A stretch of 64,000 nucleotides of DNA from a virus. This document shows positions 44,907 to 54,819 of the stretch, piece after piece (positions within the stretch are counted from its first letter, which is position 1; every line of letters begins with the position of its first letter). The position numbers and the translations under genes are program-made. A model generated the notes under the pieces. That model ran no database searches. It was not told the origin of the DNA and saw nothing but the letters and a program-made list of their open reading frames with translations. Location: IMG/VR virus record IMGVR_UViG_3300046542_000271, positions 32,001 to 96,000 of that record. One strand, 5' to 3'.

Positions 44907-47822
44907 TTAACTCCACTGCAACTTGTCGGCGAGACGTGGGAGGCCAGAACTGACCGGGATAGCAGAACCACGGGCCGTCAAGCTGATACGGACGTTACCC
45001 AGACGGGTCACCTTCTCAATCTCGATGGTCGCGATCTGCGTGGCGTTGGTGATGACCTTACCCACGAACATGTTGGTGTTGGACTCAGCCGTCTGGTTAG
45101 TAGCCACCACATAGGTCGCCACGTTACTGACGATCCGAACGTACACGTAGAACGTCCGGTTAGACGCATCAGCCAAGATCGTCCGCAGGTCCACACTCGA
45201 TACCGGCAGTGTGTAGTAGTTCCCGTTGAGCACCACAGGGGTGTCTTCGGAGAAGTACAGGACCCAACCTTCGGCTGCCTTCTGAGAAGCCAAGCACGTC
45301 CATTGATCGGTAGGGGCTACAGTACCGCCAGACCACGCATCGTAGTCCGCCTGTGTCCGACCGATTGGCAGGAAGTTAAGCTTGGTGGTTTCGTCCGAAT
45401 AGCCCGTCTCGCCGATCGTCCCCCAATGCAACCCGAACCCCAGAGATGGGTGGGCAATGAAATGCCGTCCCGAGGAGTTCGAATAGTGGTTGAAGGTCCG
45501 CATCTTGAAGTCGGAGCTGTGATGGAACTCACCTTCCGCCTTGTTGTACGTGAACGCGATGGTTGGGATCGGGTTACCGCCTGGGACCAGGAAGTTTGCC
45601 GAGCAAGACGAACCGATCAACACCACATCGCCGTTATCCCACATCGAGCATGCGCCGGAGTACAGGATGTTGGTGGCGTTGTAGGCGATACCACGTCCGA
45701 TAGCAGCATAGACGACGCGTTGAGGATAAACCTTACTCACGGTGACGTTGCTGATGTTGTCAGCCGCATCACGCACCACAGCACATTTGGCGATGGTGAA
45801 GATCAGGTTCTTCGACGTGTCCTGCGCTACCATCAGGGCGAACGGAGGAACACCGTTCTGTGTCGGTACCACCAACTCGATCACGTAGAACTCGAGCGGA
45901 GCTGCACCCACTTCCACCATCTTGTCGGAGATCGATTTACCGGTCTTCTGCAAGAGGGCTTCTGTGATGCTGACGTTGGCACCTACTGACAGATCGCCTG
46001 CGATGGACTTCTTGCCCGTCAGACGACTGAGAGTACCCAGACCAGGACTGCCGCAGATAAAGCGCAGACTGGAGCAGAATACACCGCTAGCGTTGACTTC
46101 GTTGACTGGAGCCTCGTAGTCAGCTTGCGCCAACCCCATGTCAGTCAGGAAGCGCCGATCGGCCGAGGGGGCGAAACCTTTGATCTGGCCCCGATAGATC
46201 GAATCGTAGATATAGTTGTTGCCCGTACCTTCCAGCGTGGTCGTCACCAGACCCCGTTGATAAGCACCGGCAGCATTCACGCCATCAGCCATCATGACCA
46301 GCTTGGTAGCCGAGACCAGCGAGGGACTGTGGAAGTTACTCCCCAGCGCTGTACCGAACGACGGACGAACCGCCACGCTACCCTTACTGCTGATAGTGGT
46401 GGCGGTGACCTCCAGGTTATCGAACCGGCTAACGAAGTTGTTCATCTTGCCGATCTGGATGGTCATGTTGTCCACACCGGTCGACACCATCATCCTGAAC
46501 GCATTACCGTACTCGTCGAAGCAGTACGTCGACTTCTGCTGGCCAGTGGTCGCGAGCTTGTCATACGTGAGCATGTCGTAGACAGGACCTTCGTACGAGG
46601 GTAGATCGCCCGCTTCTCGAACGATGCTTTGACCAGCCAACATCGCCGTGTCCAACTTGGCGACCTTGGTCACTGGGTTGTAGGTGAAGCTGAAACCGAT
46701 CCCCTGGTAGAGCGAGTTACCGGTGGTCACGCAACGAGACTGACCGTAGACCTTGGTGCGGATCAGGCCAGAGACCTCATCGTACGCCGAGACCATCGTC
46801 GGGACGTCCCAATAGAACACCACTGCACTCGAGAACGTACCAACCAGCAACACCATTGGGTTATCGGCAGGAAGGTAACTGCCCAGCTTGTTAGCCAGAC
46901 GAATGCCGTTCATGCCGTTGTAGTCGATGTTGCCAAAACCCTTGGCATTGATGCCAGTGACTTGGGTCAACGTAACGACCGCGCCGTTTGCAGCGTTCAG
47001 CGTAGCCTTCGACATGGTGAAGACCGACACTTCCCACGGGTTGGCCTGGTTCACTGCCGGTAGACCGTAGAACAGCACGTTGTTACCAGCGAGGATGGCT
47101 TCACCGTCTTTACCCATGGCTTCCGCCGCGGCTTTAGGGATGATACCACCTGTATGCTTCGAATCGTCGAAGGTACCGTTGGACAGAGCTAGGAAGTAAT
47201 CGCCAGGTACACCAGCTGCATCCTGGAGCTGACCGAAGATAACCGACGAGCTCGATGCAAACACCGAATGAGCCGATTGTCCAGCAGGGAACCAGGAAGG
47301 ACGATAGCGACGTGTGGTCTTGACCGGCTGGCTGGCACGGATAGCAGCGTTAGGCATGAACGCGTAGAACACGCCGCTCTTCGCCCCGTCCGTACCGTTA
47401 CGCAGATAAACAGCCGTACCGTCTTCTTCGATGATGGCCGCACAGGCGTTGCGCAGTTTAGCCGTCGTACCGCCTTCGAAGCTACCTGTCACGCCGGGCG
47501 GCAGATAGTTGAGGCTACCATAGCGGCAGATCGGTACGATGGCCTTAGGCATCAGCTCAGCTTCGATGGCTTTCCAGTCAGCATCCAAGTGGATACCAAC
47601 ACTCGCAGCCGTATCGTTGTGAGCGTTACCCGTTTTGATAACGTGTGCTTTGGTCGCTGCTTTCACAGCGGTTGCGAGTTGGGATGCCGTCTTCCCACCA
47701 ACCATCCCCGAAACATCGGACGTGGCGGCAGTCTTACGTTGACCAACTATCAATTCACCGACTTTGGTGAACGTGTTGTTCATTGCCGTTTTCAGGGCGG
47801 CGAGGGATGTGGTCACACTCAT
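44907..47822 (-). CDS. Long tail-fibre/receptor-binding chain (cassette 1, 971 aa)
   Basis: Paralog of 39892-42804 (LRNGTDG/LRSGTDG, YFSEDTP/YFSDETP). Confidence 0.7.
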   Translation of the reverse strand: MSVTTSLAALKTAMNNTFTKVGELIVGQRKTAATSDVSGMVGGKTASQLATAVKAATKAHVIKTGNAHNDTAASVGIHLDADWKAIEAELMPKAIVPICRYGSLNYLPPGVTGSFEGGTTAKLRNACAAIIEEDGTAVYLRNGTDGAKSGVFYAFMPNAAIRASQPVKTTRRYRPSWFPAGQSAHSVFASSSSVIFGQLQDAAGVPGDYFLALSNGTFDDSKHTGGIIPKAAAEAMGKDGEAILAGNNVLFYGLPAVNQANPWEVSVFTMSKATLNAANGAVVTLTQVTGINAKGFGNIDYNGMNGIRLANKLGSYLPADNPMVLLVGTFSSAVVFYWDVPTMVSAYDEVSGLIRTKVYGQSRCVTTGNSLYQGIGFSFTYNPVTKVAKLDTAMLAGQSIVREAGDLPSYEGPVYDMLTYDKLATTGQQKSTYCFDEYGNAFRMMVSTGVDNMTIQIGKMNNFVSRFDNLEVTATTISSKGSVAVRPSFGTALGSNFHSPSLVSATKLVMMADGVNAAGAYQRGLVTTTLEGTGNNYIYDSIYRGQIKGFAPSADRRFLTDMGLAQADYEAPVNEVNASGVFCSSLRFICGSPGLGTLSRLTGKKSIAGDLSVGANVSITEALLQKTGKSISDKMVEVGAAPLEFYVIELVVPTQNGVPPFALMVAQDTSKNLIFTIAKCAVVRDAADNISNVTVSKVYPQRVVYAAIGRGIAYNATNILYSGACSMWDNGDVVLIGSSCSANFLVPGGNPIPTIAFTYNKAEGEFHHSSDFKMRTFNHYSNSSGRHFIAHPSLGFGLHWGTIGETGYSDETTKLNFLPIGRTQADYDAWSGGTVAPTDQWTCLASQKAAEGWVLYFSEDTPVVLNGNYYTLPVSSVDLRTILADASNRTFYVYVRIVSNVATYVVATNQTAESNTNMFVGKVITNATQIATIEIEKVTRLGNVRISLTARGSAIPVSSGLPRLADKLQWS

Positions 47823-47834
47823 GAAGAGAGTCCT

Positions 47835-48656
47835 TTACAGGTTGGAAAGGTCCGTGGCTGCCTGGTTGTACGTGGCAGTCATCGAGTCGATCGTCGTCAC
47901 GAGGTTAGCGTTAGTGGTATCAGCACCAACCTGGATAGCCGCCAACTGGTTAGCCGCTGTCGTGTAGGACGTGGTCATCGAATCGATCATGGCGATCAAG
48001 TCTTCTTCAGCCGCACCACCGCCGGTGTCGAGACCTTGCAGGATCGCGTCCATCTCGTCGCGACTGTAATACTCGCTGAACAAGACGGGTGGGTTTTCCA
48101 ACCAATGATCGGTGCGCTCACGGATAGCCGCGGCGATGTCATAGTTGGAGGCGATGACTTCGGCCAGGCCGGTCATGTCGGTAACGTCGTGGGCGTGTTC
48201 GATAGGAGGGAATGCGGTCGGAACCCCACTCACTTCTTCGTACGTCACAGTCCGTGGATCGAGTGCCCGGTTAGAGGCAATTTCCAGCAACTTGGTTTCG
48301 TTGAGAGACCAGCTACCGCCGAGGACTTGGTATTCGGTAATTTCCACGATACCAGACAGTGTCCGGTCCATGAACAGAATACTTTGATAGATACCGCCAC
48401 GGATACCTTCAGTTTCATAACTCGCGCTATGGAACTTATGACCCGGCATCCAGTCCACGCCACGGATCAAAGTCTTGCCCGTGGTGATGTGTTTCAGCTT
48501 CAGCGTGTCACGGTAGTACGGACCTGCCTTCGTGAGGATGAAATGATAGTCCAGCGGTTCGCCCGGAGGATTCAACGTTTGGCGCTCTTTGAGCACCTTG
48601 TTTGTAGCGGCTTGTCCTGTGAGATCCACAGGGTACAAGTAATCAGTGAGTGCCAT
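47835..48656 (-). CDS. Fibre adaptor/attachment protein (cassette 1)
   Basis: YPVDLTG..ATNKV..E, GPYY, HAH; SNYDIAAAIRE shared with 42828-43469. Confidence 0.65.
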   Translation of the reverse strand: MALTDYLYPVDLTGQAATNKVLKERQTLNPPGEPLDYHFILTKAGPYYRDTLKLKHITTGKTLIRGVDWMPGHKFHSASYETEGIRGGIYQSILFMDRTLSGIVEITEYQVLGGSWSLNETKLLEIASNRALDPRTVTYEEVSGVPTAFPPIEHAHDVTDMTGLAEVIASNYDIAAAIRERTDHWLENPPVLFSEYYSRDEMDAILQGLDTGGGAAEEDLIAMIDSMTTSYTTAANQLAAIQVGADTTNANLVTTIDSMTATYNQAATDLSNL

Positions 48657-48741
48657 TAATCGTCTCCGGTTCTAATGCGGACATCGCCCGCAACTGGGAT
48701 GTAACGCATATAATTTTTGATCGTCCGTACAGGAGTCGAAC

Positions 48742-49998
48742 ATGTTTACGCTTGTAACTGCAATGGCGAGTCTTCGTGGTGCAAACCAACGACTGGTAAC
48801 GACTGATGTCCGTACCACTTTGGTCCGGGATCTCATGACGAAGTACAGTCAGTGCATCCTCATTTTGTCCCACCCTTCTATCGATCACCAGGTGAGTCTC
48901 GACGTCTCTAAAGTCGCCACCATGTTCTACCAATACAGTCCTAACCTGACTACGGTGCAATGGTTGACCGCTATTGGTGATAGTGATGTCCCGTTTGACC
49001 TCACCGTGCCCACTGTGGTGAAGTCGAGTGCCCTTGCTTCGGAAGCTTACGCTGCCGGATACAACGTACAACGCATCCACCCATTGGCCGGTGAAGGCAA
49101 CCAGTACCCTGATCCAGAACTGACCCACCTGCGATTGACCCGTCCCGATACCGACTACATGGACGTGTTCAACAACTGCCTGGCCAGTGTCAACGGTCTG
49201 CTTCATTTAACTGACGCAGGCACTGACGGCTTCCGCATCATTGACGGCGGCAAGAGTGTTAACCTCTCTGGCCGTAATGAAGTCGGCTTGATCAGTTTCA
49301 AGAATGTTGGCAAGATCCAGTGCTACCCAGTGACCGCATCGATGATCACCGGTCGCAAAGGGTTGCCATTGGCTCAAGGCGCTGTACTCACCGCACCTGG
49401 TGCTGACTTCAGCAACAAGTACGTGATGTTGGTGGTGGGCGGCTTCCTTCACACGGCTGGCAACCAGTACAAGGTCGTGGGTAAGAACTCCGTCATGCTC
49501 GAATGGTGGAAGCTGCCTCTGCATCGTCGGTACAACGATACCCGTAAGCTGATCGACTGGACTCCAGTGACCAAGCTGATGGATCGTAACCTCGAACACA
49601 CCGGCGCCATTGACCTTAACCTGATGAACACGGACCCGTGCATCAAAGCATACCTGACGATGAGCAATACCTTCCTCATCGCCGTGGATTCGCCGAACCT
49701 GTTCTTCGAGAACGTTCCGGTAGAACGCACTGGTCTTGCAGGCCGCTACTACAGTTACGTCCCACCCATCTGGCCACTGATCCTGGCGAACGGCTTCTTG
49801 CCTCCGTACACCATCCACGGTAACAACGGGATGTACTGCATGGCGGTGGATGTCAACAACCTGCCGAACTACCTCCACGACACACGCAACGTCATGGACG
49901 GTGATGCCTACGAGAACGACGCCAAGGTGCATGCCCCTAATAAGGAATACGCCAGCGCCTACTTCATGGACATCTTCAACGAACGTTTGAAGTATTGA
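48742..49998 (+). CDS. Probable virion structural protein
   Basis: AGGAG SD; lies between the fibre and spike genes. Confidence 0.6.
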   Translation: MFTLVTAMASLRGANQRLVTTDVRTTLVRDLMTKYSQCILILSHPSIDHQVSLDVSKVATMFYQYSPNLTTVQWLTAIGDSDVPFDLTVPTVVKSSALASEAYAAGYNVQRIHPLAGEGNQYPDPELTHLRLTRPDTDYMDVFNNCLASVNGLLHLTDAGTDGFRIIDGGKSVNLSGRNEVGLISFKNVGKIQCYPVTASMITGRKGLPLAQGAVLTAPGADFSNKYVMLVVGGFLHTAGNQYKVVGKNSVMLEWWKLPLHRRYNDTRKLIDWTPVTKLMDRNLEHTGAIDLNLMNTDPCIKAYLTMSNTFLIAVDSPNLFFENVPVERTGLAGRYYSYVPPIWPLILANGFLPPYTIHGNNGMYCMAVDVNNLPNYLHDTRNVMDGDAYENDAKVHAPNKEYASAYFMDIFNERLKY

Positions 49999-50034
49999 GC
50001 ATAAAGAGGCTGGGGACATCCCCAGCCTCTATGC
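49999..50034. terminator. GCATA...TATGC hairpin between convergent genes
   Basis: gcataa-agaggctgggga-ca-tccccagcctct-atgc. Confidence 0.8.
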
Positions 50035-50035
50035 C

Positions 50036-50302
50036 CTACATGGGAAGGTCGAACCACGGATTGCCGTCTGCCGTATGCCCACAACTGGCAGCACAGCCTT
50101 GAATGACAACTGGGATGCCTTCAATAGACATCCAGCTGGTAGCCATCACCATTGCAGGTCCTTGGTGGATACCTGGAGCGTGACTCATCACCCCATCGCC
50201 CAGCAAGGACATTGGGAGGCCCTCTGCGGTCCAATGAGGAGCTCCTGGCCCGGTGATAAGGCCTCCGGCTTGTGACTGCCCTACAAGAGAGATCAGAGGC
50301 AT
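50036..50302 (-). CDS. PAAR-like spike tip protein
   Basis: 88 aa; GLP...GD...H...H...IEGIP...G..ASCGH. Confidence 0.8.
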   Translation of the reverse strand: MPLISLVGQSQAGGLITGPGAPHWTAEGLPMSLLGDGVMSHAPGIHQGPAMVMATSWMSIEGIPVVIQGCAASCGHTADGNPWFDLPM

Positions 50303-51171
50303 TAGCGACTACCTGTGAATTTCGGAGTTTTGAGCGTAGTACCAGCCGCGGTGAGCGTCATCTTACTGCCCCCACCATCGATACTGGCCAAGACGCCGCC
50401 TTTGGTGCGAAGGTTCTGTTTGGCTTCGACGTCGATATTGTTACCAGCTGTGACCTTGATGTCCTTCCCCGCCTTGACTTCAATGTTACGCTTGATGTCA
50501 GCGAACATGTCCTGGGGTGCGTACATCTTGATGTCTTGCTGGTCGATCTTGACGAACGTACCTTTGGCGTTCTGAAGGTGAATCAGGTTGACCTTGGACT
50601 GTACGTTGATCAAGTTACCGATGTCGTCGGTGTACATGAACTCACCGGCGTCCGTATCGATGTAGAGTTCGTGCTGATACGACTCGCCCTGAGACTTGCT
50701 CGAACAGAATGCCAAGCGCTTACTGTGCGTCGAGAACTCGATCCAGTACATGTTCTCCGGTTTGAGCTCGGTGACCGATTCATCGGTGGTGTTACTGATG
50801 CCGATGACGATGGTTTCGAGCTTATGGAGATGATCGTCCAACCCCATGGTCTTCCAGTAGTACTTGTCGGCGTCTGCGGTGGCCCACAGCTCGACATGGA
50901 CACCACGGCGTACATCAGGAGGGGATAGGCGGTTAGAGCCGCTAGGCATCCACGTAGCCTTGACCACCTGGTCCGTCAACATCATGCCTTGCGATTCGTT
51001 ACCGTCGATGTCTTTGGCTTTGTGGGTCATCTTTGCAGCGTTGGACGCCATCTCGCCATCGTGCATGGGCAGCCATTCGGTTGGGGTGACCTCGATCTCC
51101 CGTTCCATGATTGCCTTGTTGTTGGCCACGACACCCACACCGACCATCTTAAATACTGAAGCCTTGGCCAT
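50302..51171 (-). CDS. Baseplate central spike (gp5/VgrG-like)
   Basis: OB-fold-like N-part (PPDVRRG..V) and 8-residue beta-helix repeats (IEVKAGKD IKVTAGNN IDVEAKQN); next to PAAR; true start ATG 51171. Confidence 0.75.
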   Translation of the reverse strand: MAKASVFKMVGVGVVANNKAIMEREIEVTPTEWLPMHDGEMASNAAKMTHKAKDIDGNESQGMMLTDQVVKATWMPSGSNRLSPPDVRRGVHVELWATADADKYYWKTMGLDDHLHKLETIVIGISNTTDESVTELKPENMYWIEFSTHSKRLAFCSSKSQGESYQHELYIDTDAGEFMYTDDIGNLINVQSKVNLIHLQNAKGTFVKIDQQDIKMYAPQDMFADIKRNIEVKAGKDIKVTAGNNIDVEAKQNLRTKGGVLASIDGGGSKMTLTAAGTTLKTPKFTGSR

Positions 51172-51237
51172 GAGTACCTCGTAAAGTTTCACACACTGAA
51201 AGTATGGTAAAGAAGAAAGGCTCGGAGCTGATAAATC

Positions 51238-53667
51238 ATGTTCTACGATTACATTCGCATTCACAAATGCAACCGGCTCACTAAGCCTACTATAGTTATT
51301 CGTCCAACCAAACGCATTCAAATGGTGTTGGGGACAAACGGTTCCGGAAAGAGTAGTCTGTTGTCGATTGGCTTCTCCCCACTCCCGACTAACGAGAAAG
51401 ACTTCTTCCCAGGCGGTGGACGTGAAGTCCATATCCACGATCGGGGTCGGAAGTTCATCATCATTGAGAAGTACGAATCGAAGAAGTATTACTCCTTCAT
51501 CGTAGACGGGGAAGAAAAGAACGACGGTCATACGATCACAGTTCAGCTGGAACTCGTGAAGGAGTATTTCAACTATACTCCAGAGATCCACAACTTCGTG
51601 ATTGGCAAGACCAAGTTCACCGAACTCAACCCTACGCAACGTCGTGATTGGATTGCTCGGATGTCCGAATCGGACTTCAACTTTGCTTTCCGTCAGTTCG
51701 AACGTTTCCGTAAAGGCTACTCAGCTGCCTCGTCCGTCGTAACGTTCTTGCGTGGTCGTCTTAATGATGAACGCAAACGTTTGCTGGAACCGAATGACGC
51801 TATCGAGATGCGTGCTCGTGCCGTCACTCTGAAAGCTGAGATCCGTTCGTTGATGTCGATCCCTCGTATGGAAGGTGACTACATCAGCATGGCTGACCTC
51901 CAGGACGAGTACAACGCTCTGTTCAATGGGTTCGATGTATTCAGCCGGATGGAATACCCACGTCTATTGCAAGGCGGTAAGACCTACGATGATCTGGTTG
52001 AAGACCTGACCTCTCGTTCGACTGCCTTGAAAGCCGTACAAGAAGAGCGGGGATCTAACCTCGCCGATTTGAACCAGAGGCTGGTGCGTATCAAGAGTCT
52101 GATGTCGGTTGACCCCGATGCCTTGACCGATGAGCACAAAGCCTTGACTGAGCAACTGGATAGCTTGCCGATGTTCACCATCGACATCAATCCATCGCTG
52201 ATCGTGCGTTGCGACAACGTGATTCAAGCGTTGCGCTTTGCGTGTGCTGAACTCCCCGCTACTCGAGTGACGCACAATGCACTGATGGCTATCTCTGAGC
52301 GGCTACAGTCGCGTCAGATCGCTTTCAGCAAAGCCGACAACCTGTTGAACACCATTGGTGAACGACTGCACCAGATCGAACGGTGCGACACCGTGACCTG
52401 TCCTTCGTGCCAGCATGGTTTCAAGCCTGGGATCAACCCTACCGAAGTTGGTGAACTGCGTGAACGCCAACAGAAGGGTGATGACTTCATCAAGACCGTC
52501 TCGGTAGAAGTGGCAACGTTGGCTGACGAGCTGGCGGATGCAGACAATAACTTCAAAGCGTTTGAAGGTCTCGAAGAGGTTCGTCGTCGTTACATCCAAC
52601 AACATCCTGGTTTGTTCGCTTACCTGGATAGCGTGGGTGGTTTCGATCTGGGACGTGGTCTCTACGAGAAGTTGGCAATGTACGAGCGTGCAGTAACCCT
52701 GCATGAGAAGTCGACTGCATTGAACAAGCGGATCACTGAGATCAGGAACGCGTTGGAAAGCTACGAGCGTGAAGGGGCTGGCTTCAATGACCTGACTGCT
52801 CAACGCGATGCGCTGTTCAAGAGTTACCGCAAGACGTTTGAAGATCGTACCGCAGTAGACCTGGAGCTGAAGGACGTCAAAGACGACCGTTCCTACGACA
52901 CACTCTTCGCCCAGTGGTACGGGGATGTTGAAGAGAAGGTGGAGGATTGGAAGCTCAAGCTGATCGCGTACCTGGATCGTGAAGCTGAGGTCATGGCGGA
53001 TGAGGAGATTGCCAAACTCCAGACGACTCTAGCCATCAACGAAACAGCGTTGGCTGAAGACGATCTGGTGATGACGATCGTGAAAGACCTCGAGCAGCAA
53101 CTGGAGAAGAAGCTCATTGAGCAGCAGGCGTACAAACACCTGACTGATGCAATGTCGCCGAAGACTGGTTTGATTGCTGAACAGATCACAGCGCAGATCG
53201 GTGCGATTGTTGGCGGTGTGAACCAGATGCTCAAACGCGTATGGAACCACCCGATGTATATCCAGATGCCTGAACGTGAAGATGTGGACTTGGATTACAA
53301 GTTCCCTATCGTGGACGAGAACCGCACACGTAAAGACATCGCCGATGGTTCTGACTCGATGCTTGAGATCGTGAACCGTGCGTTTGTGTTGACGCTCTAC
53401 TATAGCCTGAACATGACCGGGTACCCACTCTTCCTGGATGAGCCTGGTCGTACGTTTGACGAGACCCACGCCCACAACCTGATCCCGCTGATTAAGGATC
53501 TTGTGGACAGTGACCGCTTCAGTCAGATCCTGATCATCAGTCACGACCCTGACAACCAGCGAGCGTTCCCCAACTCCGAAACCATCATCATTGATGACCG
53601 GAACATCAACTATCCCCACCCTTATAACGAGCATGTGGAATTCGAATATGCGGAAGCTGACCATTGA
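51238..53667 (+). CDS. sbcC: SbcC/Rad50-like ATPase
   Basis: Walker A GTNGSGKSS, coiled coils with CPSC hook, Walker B LFLDEP, IISH. Confidence 0.9.
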   Translation: MFYDYIRIHKCNRLTKPTIVIRPTKRIQMVLGTNGSGKSSLLSIGFSPLPTNEKDFFPGGGREVHIHDRGRKFIIIEKYESKKYYSFIVDGEEKNDGHTITVQLELVKEYFNYTPEIHNFVIGKTKFTELNPTQRRDWIARMSESDFNFAFRQFERFRKGYSAASSVVTFLRGRLNDERKRLLEPNDAIEMRARAVTLKAEIRSLMSIPRMEGDYISMADLQDEYNALFNGFDVFSRMEYPRLLQGGKTYDDLVEDLTSRSTALKAVQEERGSNLADLNQRLVRIKSLMSVDPDALTDEHKALTEQLDSLPMFTIDINPSLIVRCDNVIQALRFACAELPATRVTHNALMAISERLQSRQIAFSKADNLLNTIGERLHQIERCDTVTCPSCQHGFKPGINPTEVGELRERQQKGDDFIKTVSVEVATLADELADADNNFKAFEGLEEVRRRYIQQHPGLFAYLDSVGGFDLGRGLYEKLAMYERAVTLHEKSTALNKRITEIRNALESYEREGAGFNDLTAQRDALFKSYRKTFEDRTAVDLELKDVKDDRSYDTLFAQWYGDVEEKVEDWKLKLIAYLDREAEVMADEEIAKLQTTLAINETALAEDDLVMTIVKDLEQQLEKKLIEQQAYKHLTDAMSPKTGLIAEQITAQIGAIVGGVNQMLKRVWNHPMYIQMPEREDVDLDYKFPIVDENRTRKDIADGSDSMLEIVNRAFVLTLYYSLNMTGYPLFLDEPGRTFDETHAHNLIPLIKDLVDSDRFSQILIISHDPDNQRAFPNSETIIIDDRNINYPHPYNEHVEFEYAEADH

Positions 53668-54067
53668 AGGTAAGCCAGTTCCTATCTGGATGGAAACACA
53701 AGAAGACGTAACGAAGATGATCTCGATGTGTCGTGAGGTCGAATCCTACGGCTACGTGGAAGCGAAGTGTGCAATGGCAGTGCAGGCGGCGTTGATGGAA
53801 GGACTTGTCCCGGTCATCACTTGCCCGCTCGACGACATGGAATCCTTCCTCCAGCGTAAGCAGCCGGTCCTGTTCTGCATCGAGAAAGTTCGTTGTAAGA
53901 TCGGCACACGAGTGAACCCTCTCAAAGAGAAGGTCGTTCGGTTGCGATTACAGTACCCTGGTCTGGTGGCGTATGGGGAGTCACCTCCCCTGCACAGTGG
54001 TGAGCGTAGCGTGTGGGGTATTCCTCATCAACACGCCATGTGTTTCGAAGAGTTCGGCTACTCCTAA
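53648..54067 (+). CDS. Hypothetical protein
   Basis: Overlaps the sbcC end; ends at a hairpin. Confidence 0.6.
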   Translation: MRKLTIEGKPVPIWMETQEDVTKMISMCREVESYGYVEAKCAMAVQAALMEGLVPVITCPLDDMESFLQRKQPVLFCIEKVRCKIGTRVNPLKEKVVRLRLQYPGLVAYGESPPLHSGERSVWGIPHQHAMCFEEFGYS

Positions 54068-54073
54068 GTTGCA

Positions 54074-54108
54074 GCATAGAGGCAGGGCTACGCGCCCTGC
54101 CTCTATGC
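54074..54108. terminator. GCATAG...CTATGC hairpin between convergent genes
   Basis: gcatagaggcagggc-tacgc-gccctgcctctatgc. Confidence 0.85.
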
Positions 54109-54116
54109 CCTTTACG

Positions 54117-54809
54117 TTACGGCGTCAGATCTTCGATCTGTTGCTTCAACGCCAGGATCTCCGCATCGCGGTCGGCGATGGTTTGAGCCTGTTGTCCGAT
54201 AACGATTTCCTGCTGATCAATCAACTTGGTCAGGTCATCGATGTAGCCGTTGGCCTTATCGAGTTGTTCCTGCAACGCCAGCTTCTCAACGAAGTCGGTG
54301 GACTTGTTAACGAGTGCGGCATCCCGTACAGCTTTCGCTTCCAGGTAAGCTGCCTCTGTCACCGAGTCAGTTGTAGGCGCAGTCGAGATGGTCACAGTCG
54401 ATTGCACGCCCGTGTATTCTGACACAGCCGCCGCTACCGTTTGTTGCATCCGAGTCAGGTCGTAGGTATCCGGAAGAATCCCACAGCTGACAGTGCACAC
54501 GATCCACGAGTGTGGAACGATGGACATGTTCGGGTATTCCAGAATGTACGTATCTGGAATGTGGAGCGGAGGACGGACGGAAGACAGCAGGGTGATAACC
54601 TGCGCACCCTCGATCATGTCCTGGTTGTAATCAGCCTGACCCATCCCGACTGGGACGTACACTTGCGTCAGTGGATCGATCTTGGCAGCGATCAGTTCCT
54701 CATAGGTCCGGACAGCACCTACCCAGTAAACGGCGGCTGCCGACACTACGTAAGGACTGCGGACCTTGAAGAGGCCTTTCGCTCCAATAGGTGGAGTGAT
54801 TCTGGCCAT
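54117..54809 (-). CDS. Probable virion structural protein with C-terminal coiled coil
   Basis: GAGGT SD; heptad-rich tail. Confidence 0.65.
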   Translation of the reverse strand: MARITPPIGAKGLFKVRSPYVVSAAAVYWVGAVRTYEELIAAKIDPLTQVYVPVGMGQADYNQDMIEGAQVITLLSSVRPPLHIPDTYILEYPNMSIVPHSWIVCTVSCGILPDTYDLTRMQQTVAAAVSEYTGVQSTVTISTAPTTDSVTEAAYLEAKAVRDAALVNKSTDFVEKLALQEQLDKANGYIDDLTKLIDQQEIVIGQQAQTIADRDAEILALKQQIEDLTP

Positions 54810-54819
54810 GTCTTACCTC

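Noticed and set aside
38452-48656. Shufflon or invertible tail-fibre locus
   Set aside because: All genes are co-oriented and complete, with no invertase and no DNA-level inverted crossover repeats seen.
51172-51639. N-terminal extension of the spike ORF in the track (445 aa)
   Set aside because: Antisense to sbcC. The spike-like sequence begins at ATG 51171, which has a GAGG SD.
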